Virus record (IMG/VR): IMGVR_UViG_2734482783_000015 | Location: 1-22,110 of that record | Source: a virus | Lineage: Duplodnaviria > Heunggongvirae > Uroviricota > Caudoviricetes | Length of the DNA stretch: 22,110 bases | Strand: one strand, 5' to 3' | Shown: positions 8,334 through 16,824 of the stretch, piece by piece | Layout: the number at the start of each line of letters is the position of its first letter | Position numbering within the stretch: the stretch's first letter is position 1 | The notes under the pieces: model-generated | Told to the model about the DNA's origin: nothing | Database searches by the model: none | What the model saw: the letters and a program-made list of their open reading frames with translations, nothing else | Translations under genes and position numbers: made by a program

Positions 8334-8508
8334 TGCGCGCTGAGGCGGGTATTTATTTTATTTTTCCAGCGCCTGAGCGCGTCCCTGTGGCGTTGTTGGG
8401 GTTATGGGTGAGCAGCGGGCGAGGCGAAGTGGCGACGGCGTATCGTGGCGCTGAGGGCGTTGTGTACGGTGGGGTTAAAGCCGCCACGGCGGGCGGCTGT
8501 GGGTGGGG

Positions 8509-9546
8509 TTACTCGTCGTCGCCGAGGCTATATTTTTCGAAGCGGATAATTTCTTCACCCGCCCATTCGTTCAACTCCATAAACCGCGCCTGTAGCGGGG
8601 TCAGCTCGTTACGCACAAAAACCTTTGCCACCTTCTCAACGTCGCCCACTGAGCCGACGTTCTCAGGTTGGCCGCCCATTAACTGGAACGGGATGCGATG
8701 CGCGTCGAGAAGGTCAGCCGCGCTGACTTTCTTGATATTAAAAAAATCATCCTTCGTGGCGACTTCGCTCAGTGGTACGATTTTAATTCCGTCTGCTTTA
8801 CCGTTCGGCGCGTAGAAAAACAGGTTCTTAAAATTGCCGAGCCCTTTCGAGTCGCGCATCGCCTTTCGCAGTGCCTCGACGTCGGTGCTGCTTTGCGCTG
8901 CGTCGGTCACATACATGATGTAACCCGCATGCGCGCCGTTCTGGTAATACTTGCGACGGAACAGGGTCGCCGATTCATTCAGCCAGGCTGAATTGAGTGC
9001 GCTCAGGTATTCCGGCATCCCGTAAAGCTCCTGATTAATATCGGGCTCGAGCAGGTGGAAGACGGAACCGGGCGCGAACTGGTGCGGCTGTGTGTAGCTC
9101 TGAATGTACCAGTAAACGTCATCCTCGATGCCACGGCGGGTGTATTTCGCCGGTGAGGTTTCCAGTTTTAACGGCTTACCGGTCAGGCTGCGACGCTCTT
9201 CGATAAACGCATTGCCAAACACCAGATAGTCGAGCGCAAACCGGGTGAAGTCCTGACGGGATAACAGCGGGTGCGGGATGTAGGTCGACACCAGAATATT
9301 ACGCTTCACGTAAATCGGTGAGCTGTGGTGCACGGCGGCGCGCATGCTCTTCGCTAGCCCGGAAAAGCTCACTGGCGGCTCGTACCACTGGCCGTTGTCG
9401 ATACACTCGACATAATCGAGAATATCGCGGCGGTCGAGTACTGGCGTCGGCTCACCAAAAGTGAATGCTTCCATGCTCTGAGCCGGTGCGGCGGTGTGGC
9501 TTTGGGTGCGCGGCGGCTGCTGGCGCTTGTTGCGTTTCTTGCTCAT
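8509..9546 (-). CDS. Q: Portal protein (P2 gpQ family)
   Basis: Minus-strand ORF of ~345 aa. I chose the ATG at 9546 because it overlaps the gpP stop by 1 nt (the ORF track starts at GTG 9555). Size and position (adjacent to cos, co-oriented with P) match P2 Q. Confidence 0.9.
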   Translation of the reverse strand: MSKKRNKRQQPPRTQSHTAAPAQSMEAFTFGEPTPVLDRRDILDYVECIDNGQWYEPPVSFSGLAKSMRAAVHHSSPIYVKRNILVSTYIPHPLLSRQDFTRFALDYLVFGNAFIEERRSLTGKPLKLETSPAKYTRRGIEDDVYWYIQSYTQPHQFAPGSVFHLLEPDINQELYGMPEYLSALNSAWLNESATLFRRKYYQNGAHAGYIMYVTDAAQSSTDVEALRKAMRDSKGLGNFKNLFFYAPNGKADGIKIVPLSEVATKDDFFNIKKVSAADLLDAHRIPFQLMGGQPENVGSVGDVEKVAKVFVRNELTPLQARFMELNEWAGEEIIRFEKYSLGDDE

Positions 9547-11315
9547 TAGTTCCACTCCATGATGCTGGATGACTGCTCACCAGTTGCGGCGGTCAGCGGC
9601 TCATTGATTAATACGTGCATGGTTGCCCAGGCGAGATCGGCGTGACTGGCTTCCTCGGTGCGACTGGCCTCATAGGTCGAGCTGCGACCACTGCTGGTCA
9701 TGGTTTTGCGGATAGACATAAACGACTGCGTGATATCGGTCGCGCTGACGTCGTACTCGAGGCAACCGCGGCGAATGGTGTCTTTTGCTTTCAGCACCAT
9801 TGCGGTTTTCATTTCCGGCGTGTAGCGGATTTCACGTGCAGCCGGGTAGAACGAGCGCACGAGCTGGAAGACGCCCTGACCGAGCCCGGTCGCATCGATG
9901 CCGATATATTCCACGGTGTATTTCTGCGTGAGCTCGCGAATGGATTCGGCCTGTTGGGCGAAGTCCATCCCTTTCCACTGGTGGCGCTCGAGGATGCGGA
10001 ATTTGCCACCGGCAACGACCGGCGGTGCGATAACGACGCACCCGGCGCTGTCACCACGTAATGACGGGTCATAGCCAACCCACACCGGGCGGTGGCCGAA
10101 TGGCCGGTCGGCAAATGGCGCGTAGTCCTCCCATTTCTCGAGGCTGTCGACCATGCAGCGCTGTAGCTCTTCGAACGGGAATACCGACGCTTTATCGTCG
10201 ACGAACTCGCACATAAACAGGTTGCGGAACTCATCGACACTGTTCTCGCGCTTCAGCGTATCGATGTTGAACAGGGTGCATCCTTTGGCGAGTGCGTCCT
10301 CGATGGTGACAATCTGTCGCCACTGGCCGTCAGGACAGGCGACGCCCTTCGCGAGAGCGGCGTGACTGATATCGATATCGACGCGCTCGCTCTTGTCTGA
10401 GCGTCCCTTGTTGAACTGCTCACCCGACCAGAACGGGTAAGCGCCGTGCGCCAGCGATGAGGGGGTCGAAAAATAGGTCGTGCGTAAATGCTCCTGTGAC
10501 GACATCCCCCCGGCGACGCGCTTCAGTTTCTGGAAGTTGGGGATCCAGAAAATTTCGTCGACATACAGGTCGCCGTTGTGACTCTGTGCCGTGTTGGCAT
10601 TGGTACCAAGAAACATCAGCTCCGCACCATTGTTGCCGAGCACAATCGGGTCGCCGGTAAGCTCGACGCCAGCCTGTCGGGCAAAGGCGATAATGTATTT
10701 ACGGAATACATAGGCTTGCGTCTTACTGGCCGACAAAAATATCTGGTTGTGGCCGGTCTTCAGCGCCTGTAACAGTGCCTCACGTGCAAAATAGAACGTC
10801 GCGCCAATCTGTCGCGATTTCAGGATGTGCCTGATGCGGTGCGCCAGCCCAGCGCGCCACCATTCGAGTTGATAGTCGAAAGACTGCTCAAGGAAAATCT
10901 CTTCGAGTTTCTCGATAGCCTCTTCGCTGAAAAAGTTCTTTTTCGGTTTCTTCTTTTCCCCTTTGTTGCGGTTGGCCACGTTCGGGTTTAAATCCGCTTC
11001 GTTGCCAGTCTGGCCGTAGCGGTTCACCCGCGCGAGGCGCTCCATCTGGCGCGCCAGAAAATCCGCGACCTTAAAGTCGTGAGCCGTCAGGTCGGGCTTT
11101 GCATAGAGCTGAATCAGCCGCGCCTCGAGCGTGAACTCGACCCGGTTTAACGGGGCGGTTTCTTCCCATTTATCGCGCAGTTTCCAGCTCTGCACCGTGG
11201 GGCGCTTGACCTGTAACTGCTCCGCGATTTGTGGCACGGAATAGCCCTGCCAGAACAAAAGCGCGGCCTGTCGTCGCGGGTCGCTGAGTAGTGATGTGTT
11301 GTTGGTAGTGGTCAT
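9546..11315 (-). CDS. P: Terminase large (ATPase) subunit (P2 gpP family)
   Basis: 589-aa minus-strand ORF (P2 gpP is ~590 aa), divergent from O, with a Walker A-like segment (SRQIGATFY). Its N-terminus (…LLFWQGYSVPQIAEQLQVKRPTVQSW…) matches what I recall of P2 gpP. Confidence 0.92.
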   Translation of the reverse strand: MTTTNNTSLLSDPRRQAALLFWQGYSVPQIAEQLQVKRPTVQSWKLRDKWEETAPLNRVEFTLEARLIQLYAKPDLTAHDFKVADFLARQMERLARVNRYGQTGNEADLNPNVANRNKGEKKKPKKNFFSEEAIEKLEEIFLEQSFDYQLEWWRAGLAHRIRHILKSRQIGATFYFAREALLQALKTGHNQIFLSASKTQAYVFRKYIIAFARQAGVELTGDPIVLGNNGAELMFLGTNANTAQSHNGDLYVDEIFWIPNFQKLKRVAGGMSSQEHLRTTYFSTPSSLAHGAYPFWSGEQFNKGRSDKSERVDIDISHAALAKGVACPDGQWRQIVTIEDALAKGCTLFNIDTLKRENSVDEFRNLFMCEFVDDKASVFPFEELQRCMVDSLEKWEDYAPFADRPFGHRPVWVGYDPSLRGDSAGCVVIAPPVVAGGKFRILERHQWKGMDFAQQAESIRELTQKYTVEYIGIDATGLGQGVFQLVRSFYPAAREIRYTPEMKTAMVLKAKDTIRRGCLEYDVSATDITQSFMSIRKTMTSSGRSSTYEASRTEEASHADLAWATMHVLINEPLTAATGEQSSSIMEWN

Positions 11316-11479
11316 AAAACCTCACTGTGATGAGTACACGGCAAGGCTAAAGATTCAGGGGGGATGAATCGCTAACCCCCTGTTGTGTCAGGGGTTGCAC
11401 TTCTGTAACCGGTGGCTGACGAGGGAGGGAGTCGGGAAACTACATCCGACCCGATAACCCAACTCAGGACACCTGACTC

Positions 11480-12343
11480 ATGGCTAAAAAAATTTCGAAA
11501 TGGTTTCGCATCGGCGTCGAGGGGGACACCTGCGACGGTCGCGTCATCAGTGCGACCGATATTCAGGAAATGGCCGACGGCTTTGACCCGCGCGTCTACG
11601 GCTGTCGCATTAACCTCGAGCATATCCGCAGCGTTATTCCCGACAGCCCGTTTTGCCGCTATGGCGACGTCACGGAAGTGAAAGCAGAAGTGATCGACGA
11701 CGATTCGGCACTTAACGGCAAGCTGGCGCTGTTCGGCAAAATTGCCCCGCTCGACAACCTGCTCGCGATGCTGGCGAAAGGCCAGAAGGTTTACACCTCG
11801 ATGGAAATTCGTCCGAACTTTGCCAACACCGGCAAATGTCACCTCATCGGGCTGGCGGTAACCGATGACCCGGCGAGTCTCGGTACCGAATACCTGCAAT
11901 TCTGTTCCCGCGCACAACAAAACCCACTGGCCGGGAAGAAAGACCAGCCGGGCGACCTGTTCTCAGTGGCAACCCTTGCCGAGCTGGAATTCGAAGACCT
12001 GCCCGACACCCTGCTGACCAAACTCAGCGACACCGTGAAAGGCATCTTCAGCCGTAAACAGACTGACGACGATGCGCGTTTCGGTGATGTACATGAGGCC
12101 GTGACCGCCATCGCCGAGCGGGTGCAGACCGGCGGCGAAAGCGCCGAGGTGCGTTTCAGTGCAATTGAAGCCGAACTCGCCGACGTCAAAAAAGCGCTCG
12201 CCGAACAGGCCGACGCCACCTCGCAGCAATTCAGCACCCTGACCACCACGCTGGAAAACACCGAAAGCAGATCACAGGCGCGCCGCAAGTTAAGTACAGG
12301 CGGTGACGGCGATTCGGCGGTCTCCACGCTGACCGACTGCTAA
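11480..12343 (+). CDS. O: Capsid scaffolding protein (P2 gpO family)
   Basis: 287-aa ORF, first gene of the rightward head operon. Acidic, alanine-rich C-terminal half, typical of gpO scaffold/protease proteins. Confidence 0.87.
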   Translation: MAKKISKWFRIGVEGDTCDGRVISATDIQEMADGFDPRVYGCRINLEHIRSVIPDSPFCRYGDVTEVKAEVIDDDSALNGKLALFGKIAPLDNLLAMLAKGQKVYTSMEIRPNFANTGKCHLIGLAVTDDPASLGTEYLQFCSRAQQNPLAGKKDQPGDLFSVATLAELEFEDLPDTLLTKLSDTVKGIFSRKQTDDDARFGDVHEAVTAIAERVQTGGESAEVRFSAIEAELADVKKALAEQADATSQQFSTLTTTLENTESRSQARRKLSTGGDGDSAVSTLTDC

Positions 12344-12374
12344 CCCCTGATAACCCCGAAGGAAAAGAAACGCC

Positions 12375-13571
12375 ATGCGTAAAGACACCCGTTTTAAATT
12401 TAATCAGTACCTGAGCCGTATCGCTGAACTGAACGGCATCGAGGTCAGCGACCTCAACAAAAAATTCACCGTCGAGCCGTCGGTGACGCAGACCCTGTTT
12501 GACAAAATCCAGCAGTCGTCCAGTTTCCTGAAGCTCATCAACATGGTGACCGTTGGCGAGCTGACCGAAGAGAAGGTCGGTATCGATGTGACTGGCTCCA
12601 TAGCCAGCACCGCTGACACCGACGGCGGCGTCGAGCGTAAAACTGCTGATTTCGCGAAAATGGATGCATACCGCTATTTCTGCCATCCGGTGAACTTCGA
12701 CTATCACCTGAAGTACAACAAACTTGACCTGTGGGCGCGTTTTCAGGATTTCCAGATCCGGATCCGTAACGCCATCATCAAGCGTCAGGCGCTGGATTAC
12801 ATCACCATCGGCTTTAACGGCGTGAGCCGGGCGGCGACGTCTGACCGTAGCAAAAACCCGCTGCTTCAGGATGTGGCTGTCGGCTGGTTGCAGAAATACC
12901 GCACCGACGCGCCTGAGCGGGTGATGTCCAGCATCACCGACGCTGACGGCACTGTGATTTCGAATACCATCAAAGTGGGTAAAGGAGGGCATTACGCCAA
13001 CCTCGACGCGCTGGTCATGGATGCTTTCGAGTCACTGGTCGCGGAAATTCACCGCGAAAACCCGGAAATGGTTGTCATCTGTGGTCGCCGCATTCTGACC
13101 GACAAATACTTCCCGATGATTAACAAATTCCAGGCGAATAGCGAACAGCTCGCCGGTGAGTTGATTATCAGCCAGAAAACCATCGGTCAGCTTCAGGCGG
13201 TGCGCGCGCCGTTCTTCCCGGCAAACAGCGTTTTCATTACAACGCTGGATAACATTTCGATTTATCTGTACGAGGACGGCCACCGCCGCCACATCGTCGA
13301 AAATCCGAAACTCGACCAGGTGGAAAACTACGAACAGGTCAAAGTCGATTTCGTTATCGAGGACTACGAGGCCGGGTGCCTGATTGAGAATATCGAGATC
13401 CTCGAGCCGGAAGAACCCGCCACCACTGAACCAGTGAGCGCGGAAGTTTTCGCGGCGGCAATGGTCAAGGCGATGCAGTCTCTGACCAGCACTGCTCCGG
13501 CCAGCGCCCCTGTCTCTGACGGCGAAACTTCCCCGGCTGAAACCAACACCACTGACGGCACGGAGGCATAA
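12375..13571 (+). CDS. N: Major capsid protein (P2 gpN family) with extended C-terminus
   Basis: 398-aa ORF with an AAGGAAAAG RBS. Collinear with P2 gpN as I recall it (MRxxTRFKFNxYLSR…VAVGWLQKYR…HRRxIxENPKLD). It is ~40 aa longer than P2 gpN (357 aa), through a Pro/Thr/Ala/Glu-rich tail. Confidence 0.92.
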   Translation: MRKDTRFKFNQYLSRIAELNGIEVSDLNKKFTVEPSVTQTLFDKIQQSSSFLKLINMVTVGELTEEKVGIDVTGSIASTADTDGGVERKTADFAKMDAYRYFCHPVNFDYHLKYNKLDLWARFQDFQIRIRNAIIKRQALDYITIGFNGVSRAATSDRSKNPLLQDVAVGWLQKYRTDAPERVMSSITDADGTVISNTIKVGKGGHYANLDALVMDAFESLVAEIHRENPEMVVICGRRILTDKYFPMINKFQANSEQLAGELIISQKTIGQLQAVRAPFFPANSVFITTLDNISIYLYEDGHRRHIVENPKLDQVENYEQVKVDFVIEDYEAGCLIENIEILEPEEPATTEPVSAEVFAAAMVKAMQSLTSTAPASAPVSDGETSPAETNTTDGTEA

Positions 13572-13574
13572 GCG

Positions 13575-14333
13575 ATGGCAACCCCCGCACAGCGTCATGC
13601 GATGCGGGTCTCGGCTATCAGGGCATCGCAGCGGGATAACGCCCCGCTGCGTCATGCCTCACCTTACGAGCAAATGCTCGTCAAGCTGGCCGCAGACCGC
13701 CGGACGCTATCAGCAATTCGTTCTAAAGAACGCAAAGCGGATAAAAAACGCGAATTACTCCCGCTGTACCTGCCGTGGGTCGCTGGCGTACTGGAAAGCG
13801 GCACCGGCGCACAGGATGACATTCTGATGACGGTGATGCTCTGGCGTCTGGATGCGGGGGATATCACCGGCGCGATTGAGATTGCGCGCTATGCGCTGCA
13901 TTTCGGCCTGTCGATGCCGGAAAATCATTCCCGCACCACACCTTACATGCTGGCCGAAGAGGTCGCACTCGCGGCAACCCGCGCCCGAATTGCCGGTGAG
14001 CCGGTCGACGTTGCGCAACTACTTGAGGTCATCGGGCTAACCGATGCCGCCGATATGCCTGACGAAGTGCGCGCCCGACTGCATAAGGTCACAGGTCTGA
14101 CCCTGCGTGATGCCGGTCAGCTTCCTGATGCGCTGGCGCACCTGCAACGCGCCTTACAGCTCGACACCAACGCCGGGGTAAGAAAGGACATTGAGACCCT
14201 CACTCGTGAGCTGAACCCGAAACCGGTCGTCGTCAAAAAAACGGCGCCGAAAGCCGCGAAAAAGGCACCCGCGAAAAAACAAGATTCACCGGTGAAACGA
14301 GGTCGGGGACGCCCGAAGAAAGTCACCGGTTAA
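13575..14333 (+). CDS. M: Terminase small (endonuclease) subunit (P2 gpM family)
   Basis: 252-aa ORF immediately after N (GGAGG RBS), the size and position of P2 gpM. C-terminal lysine-rich tail ending in an AT-hook-like KRGRGRPKK. Confidence 0.88.
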   Translation: MATPAQRHAMRVSAIRASQRDNAPLRHASPYEQMLVKLAADRRTLSAIRSKERKADKKRELLPLYLPWVAGVLESGTGAQDDILMTVMLWRLDAGDITGAIEIARYALHFGLSMPENHSRTTPYMLAEEVALAATRARIAGEPVDVAQLLEVIGLTDAADMPDEVRARLHKVTGLTLRDAGQLPDALAHLQRALQLDTNAGVRKDIETLTRELNPKPVVVKKTAPKAAKKAPAKKQDSPVKRGRGRPKKVTG

Positions 14334-14430
14334 CAGAACGCGCCCCGCGCCGGGCGGCACGCTGGTCAATGTCGGTGATTCACCGTAACTGCGACCGGCG
14401 TCCACCGCCCACCTATTTACTGAGGTACTC

Positions 14431-14931
14431 ATGACCATGATTGTGATGAATAACCCGGCGCAACAGCGCGACCCGATGGTCATCCTGCCGGTGCCGGTTG
14501 ACGAGCCGGTGATTAAAAACACGGCCTTTTTCCCGGATGTTGATCCGAAGCGCATGCGCGAAGAAATGCGCCTCGAGCAGACCGTGACGCCGGTGCGTCT
14601 GCGCCGGGCGATTAAAACCGCGATGGCGGAGACCAACGCCGAGTTAACCGACTGGCGCGACCTTCAGCTCGCCGCCGGTTACGCGCGACTTGAGGATGTG
14701 CCGACGGATGAACTCGACGGCGAAAGTGTGCGGGTTTTTCACTACTTCAACGCTGTTTGCTCGATGACGACCGCGACGCTGTACGAGCGTTACCGGGGCG
14801 TTGATGCGAGCGCCAAAGGTGACAAAAAGGCCGACAGCATCGATGACACCATCGATGAAATGTGGCGTGACATGCGCTGGTCGGTTGCCCGTATCCAGGA
14901 CAAAGCGCGCTGCATCGTGGGGCAAATCTGA
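14431..14931 (+). CDS. L: Head completion/stabilisation protein (P2 gpL family)
   Basis: 166-aa ORF following M, with a GAGG RBS; size and position match P2 gpL. Confidence 0.85.
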   Translation: MTMIVMNNPAQQRDPMVILPVPVDEPVIKNTAFFPDVDPKRMREEMRLEQTVTPVRLRRAIKTAMAETNAELTDWRDLQLAAGYARLEDVPTDELDGESVRVFHYFNAVCSMTTATLYERYRGVDASAKGDKKADSIDDTIDEMWRDMRWSVARIQDKARCIVGQI

Positions 14932-15134
14932 TGAACATCTTCGCGCATCAGGGCGACACGCTCGACACGTTATGTCAGCGCCATTACGGGCGCACTGAAG
15001 GTGTGGTCGAGGCGGTATTGCTGGCTAATCCGGGACTCGCCGAGCTGGGCGTCGTCCTGCCACATGGCACGGCGGTCAGTCTGCCTGAAGTTGACACCGC
15101 ACCGGTATCGGAGACCGTGAATTTATGGGACTGA
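14931..15134 (+). CDS. X: Tail protein X (P2 gpX family)
   Basis: 67-aa ORF whose start overlaps the L stop (TGATG); same length and position as P2 gpX. Confidence 0.85.
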   Translation: MNIFAHQGDTLDTLCQRHYGRTEGVVEAVLLANPGLAELGVVLPHGTAVSLPEVDTAPVSETVNLWD

Positions 15135-15346
15135 CTGTGGATAAAATCACAACCTTTCTGACCTACTGGCTGTCAGTGGTGCTGGCGTATTTCGGTACGC
15201 AGACGCCGGAACGGCTCGCGCTTTATGTCGGGGGAAGCTGCGCCATTTTTACCGCGCTGGTTAACTTCTGGTACCAGCGAAAGAAATACCGCTATCTCGT
15301 CTCGATGGGGATTGATAAGGGGGTTATTCGTGGGCTCATTCGTTAA
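15125..15346 (+). CDS. Putative holin
   Basis: 73-aa ORF at the holin position (between X and the endolysin), with two hydrophobic helices and a basic C-terminus (…YQRKKYRYL…). Confidence 0.65.
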   Translation: MGLTVDKITTFLTYWLSVVLAYFGTQTPERLALYVGGSCAIFTALVNFWYQRKKYRYLVSMGIDKGVIRGLIR

Positions 15347-15839
15347 ACGTTGCAGTGTGGCCGTCGTGCTGGCGCTGGCGGCACTGGTGCCTGATTTTCG
15401 TTTGCTTCACACCTCGCCGGAAGGGCTCGCGCTGATTGCCGACCTCGAGGGGTGCCGGTTGCGTCCTTACCAGTGCAGCGCGGGTGTGTGGACGTCAGGC
15501 ATCGGCCACACTGCCGGGGTGGTACCGAAACGGGATATCACCGAGAAGGAAGCCGCCGCGAATCTGGTCGCCGACGTGCTGAACGTCGAGAAACGACTCG
15601 CGGTCTGTGTGCCGGTGGACATGCCACCCGCCGTCTATGACGCGCTGGTCAGCTTCGCTTTTAACGTCGGCACCGGCGCGGCCTGTCGCTCGACGCTGGT
15701 GTATCACCTGAAACACCGGCAATGGTGGCAGGCCTGTGACCAGCTCACCCGCTGGGTGTTTGTGAATGGTGAGCGTAATGCCGGGCTCGTAAACCGCCGC
15801 TTTCGTGAGCGCACCTACTGCCTGAAGGGGGTGAAATGA
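15330..15839 (+). CDS. Endolysin (phage lysozyme, P2 gpK position), probable SAR-type
   Basis: I chose GTG 15330 (AAGGGGG 6 nt upstream), giving 169 aa, over the longer ATG 15225 ORF, which would overlap the holin almost entirely. Body resembles lysozyme-like endolysins; N-terminus is hydrophobic (KRCSVAVVLALAALV). Confidence 0.82.
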   Translation: MGSFVKRCSVAVVLALAALVPDFRLLHTSPEGLALIADLEGCRLRPYQCSAGVWTSGIGHTAGVVPKRDITEKEAAANLVADVLNVEKRLAVCVPVDMPPAVYDALVSFAFNVGTGAACRSTLVYHLKHRQWWQACDQLTRWVFVNGERNAGLVNRRFRERTYCLKGVK

Positions 15840-16249
15840 AAACGATAGTCGTGTTGTTAGTGCTGGCCGTGGCTGGGCTGCTCTGGATGCGCCACGAAAA
15901 CACCAGTCTGACCCGTTCCTTTGAACGGGCGAATAAAGTCGCCGGTGACCAAAAAACGGTGATTACCATGCTGAAAAGCCAGCTTAAAACGGCCTCCCGT
16001 ATCCGTGGGGAAAATGAGACCGCTCAGGTCTTACTGCGCGGTGAGCTCATCGATGCCGGAGCGCGGGCACAGCGTCGGGAACAGACCATTACGAGGTTAC
16101 TCAATGAAAATGAACAGCTTCGCCGCTGGTATAGCGCTGATTTACCTGATGCTGTGCGCCGGTTGCACCAGCGCGCCGCCTGTGCCGACGCCGGTGATTG
16201 TTTACAACGCATGTCCGAAGGTCAGCCTTTGCCCGATGCCGGGAAGTGA
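15836..16249 (+). CDS. i-spanin (Rz / P2 LysB-like)
   Basis: 137-aa ORF whose start overlaps the endolysin stop (ATGA). N-terminal transmembrane segment (IVVLLVLAVAGLLW) followed by a charged coiled-coil-like region. Confidence 0.72.
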   Translation: MKTIVVLLVLAVAGLLWMRHENTSLTRSFERANKVAGDQKTVITMLKSQLKTASRIRGENETAQVLLRGELIDAGARAQRREQTITRLLNENEQLRRWYSADLPDAVRRLHQRAACADAGDCLQRMSEGQPLPDAGK

Positions 16250-16394
16250 CCCGACTACTAATGGCGACCTGAGCGCGGATATACGCCAGCTCGAAAGCGC
16301 CCTCGAGCGCTGTGCGCTTCAGGTCAGAACCGTGAAAAACTGTCAGGATAAAATCGATGTACAAGCCGAAGAGTCTGCGAAAAGCCTTAACTGA
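16104..16394 (+). CDS. o-spanin lipoprotein (Rz1 / P2 LysC-like), overlapping the i-spanin in another frame
   Basis: Start ATG 16104 gives 96 aa with a lipoprotein signal and lipobox (MKMNSFAAGIALIYLMLCAGC) and a proline-rich mature N-terminus. It begins inside the i-spanin gene and extends beyond it. Confidence 0.72.
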   Translation: MKMNSFAAGIALIYLMLCAGCTSAPPVPTPVIVYNACPKVSLCPMPGSDPTTNGDLSADIRQLESALERCALQVRTVKNCQDKIDVQAEESAKSLN

Positions 16395-16824
16395 CGCCGT
16401 GCCGGTGCTGGCACGAAACCCCGATATGATGCGTGTCTTTATCGACAACGGGAATCTGGCCTCGACGCTGGCGACGTCGCTGTCGTTTGAGAACCGGTAC
16501 ACGCTGAATGTGGTGGTGACCGATTTCACGGATGATATCGAGCTGTTACTCGTCCCGATTCAGGCGTGGCTACGCATACATCAGGCTGACATTATGACGA
16601 CCGATGAAGGGCGTAAAAAGGGATTCACCTATTTTGCCGATATCAACGACAACGACAGCGTCGATATCAGTATCAGTCTGATGCTGACCGAGCGCACTAT
16701 CGTTAAAGAACAGGGGGATAAGCTTCACGTTGAACAGGCTGAAGAGCCGCAGCCGCCGGAGCCCGTTACCCGGCCAGTTGAGCTGTATGTTAACGGTGAG
16801 CTCGTGAGTCGATTGCATGAATGA
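16357..16824 (+). CDS. R: Tail completion protein R (P2 gpR family)
   Basis: 155-aa ORF, the same length as P2 gpR, directly after the lysis cassette. Confidence 0.85.
   Translation: MYKPKSLRKALTDAVPVLARNPDMMRVFIDNGNLASTLATSLSFENRYTLNVVVTDFTDDIELLLVPIQAWLRIHQADIMTTDEGRKKGFTYFADINDNDSVDISISLMLTERTIVKEQGDKLHVEQAEEPQPPEPVTRPVELYVNGELVSRLHE

Noticed and set aside
8318-8815. 165-aa plus-strand ORF spanning the cos region and the 3' end of the portal gene
   Set aside because: It starts inside the G-tract-rich cos region, is antisense to the well-supported portal gene, has a Gly/Ala/Arg-rich translation typical of high-GC shadow frames, and has no RBS.
12231-13655. Large minus-strand ORFs (253 aa at 12231-12992 and 207 aa at 13032-13655) antisense to capsid genes O/N/M
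   Set aside because: Shadow ORFs typical of high-GC coding DNA. They are antisense to strongly supported structural genes, with Arg/Gly/Val-rich low-complexity translations and no RBS.
15225-15329. Longer endolysin ORF starting at ATG 15225
   Set aside because: It would overlap most of the holin gene in another frame. An in-frame GTG at 15330 has a good RBS and yields a lysozyme-sized protein.
16005-16103. N-terminal extension of the o-spanin ORF (129-aa version)
   Set aside because: The lipoprotein signal and lipobox begin at the internal ATG 16104; the upstream portion is just the alternate frame of the i-spanin gene.
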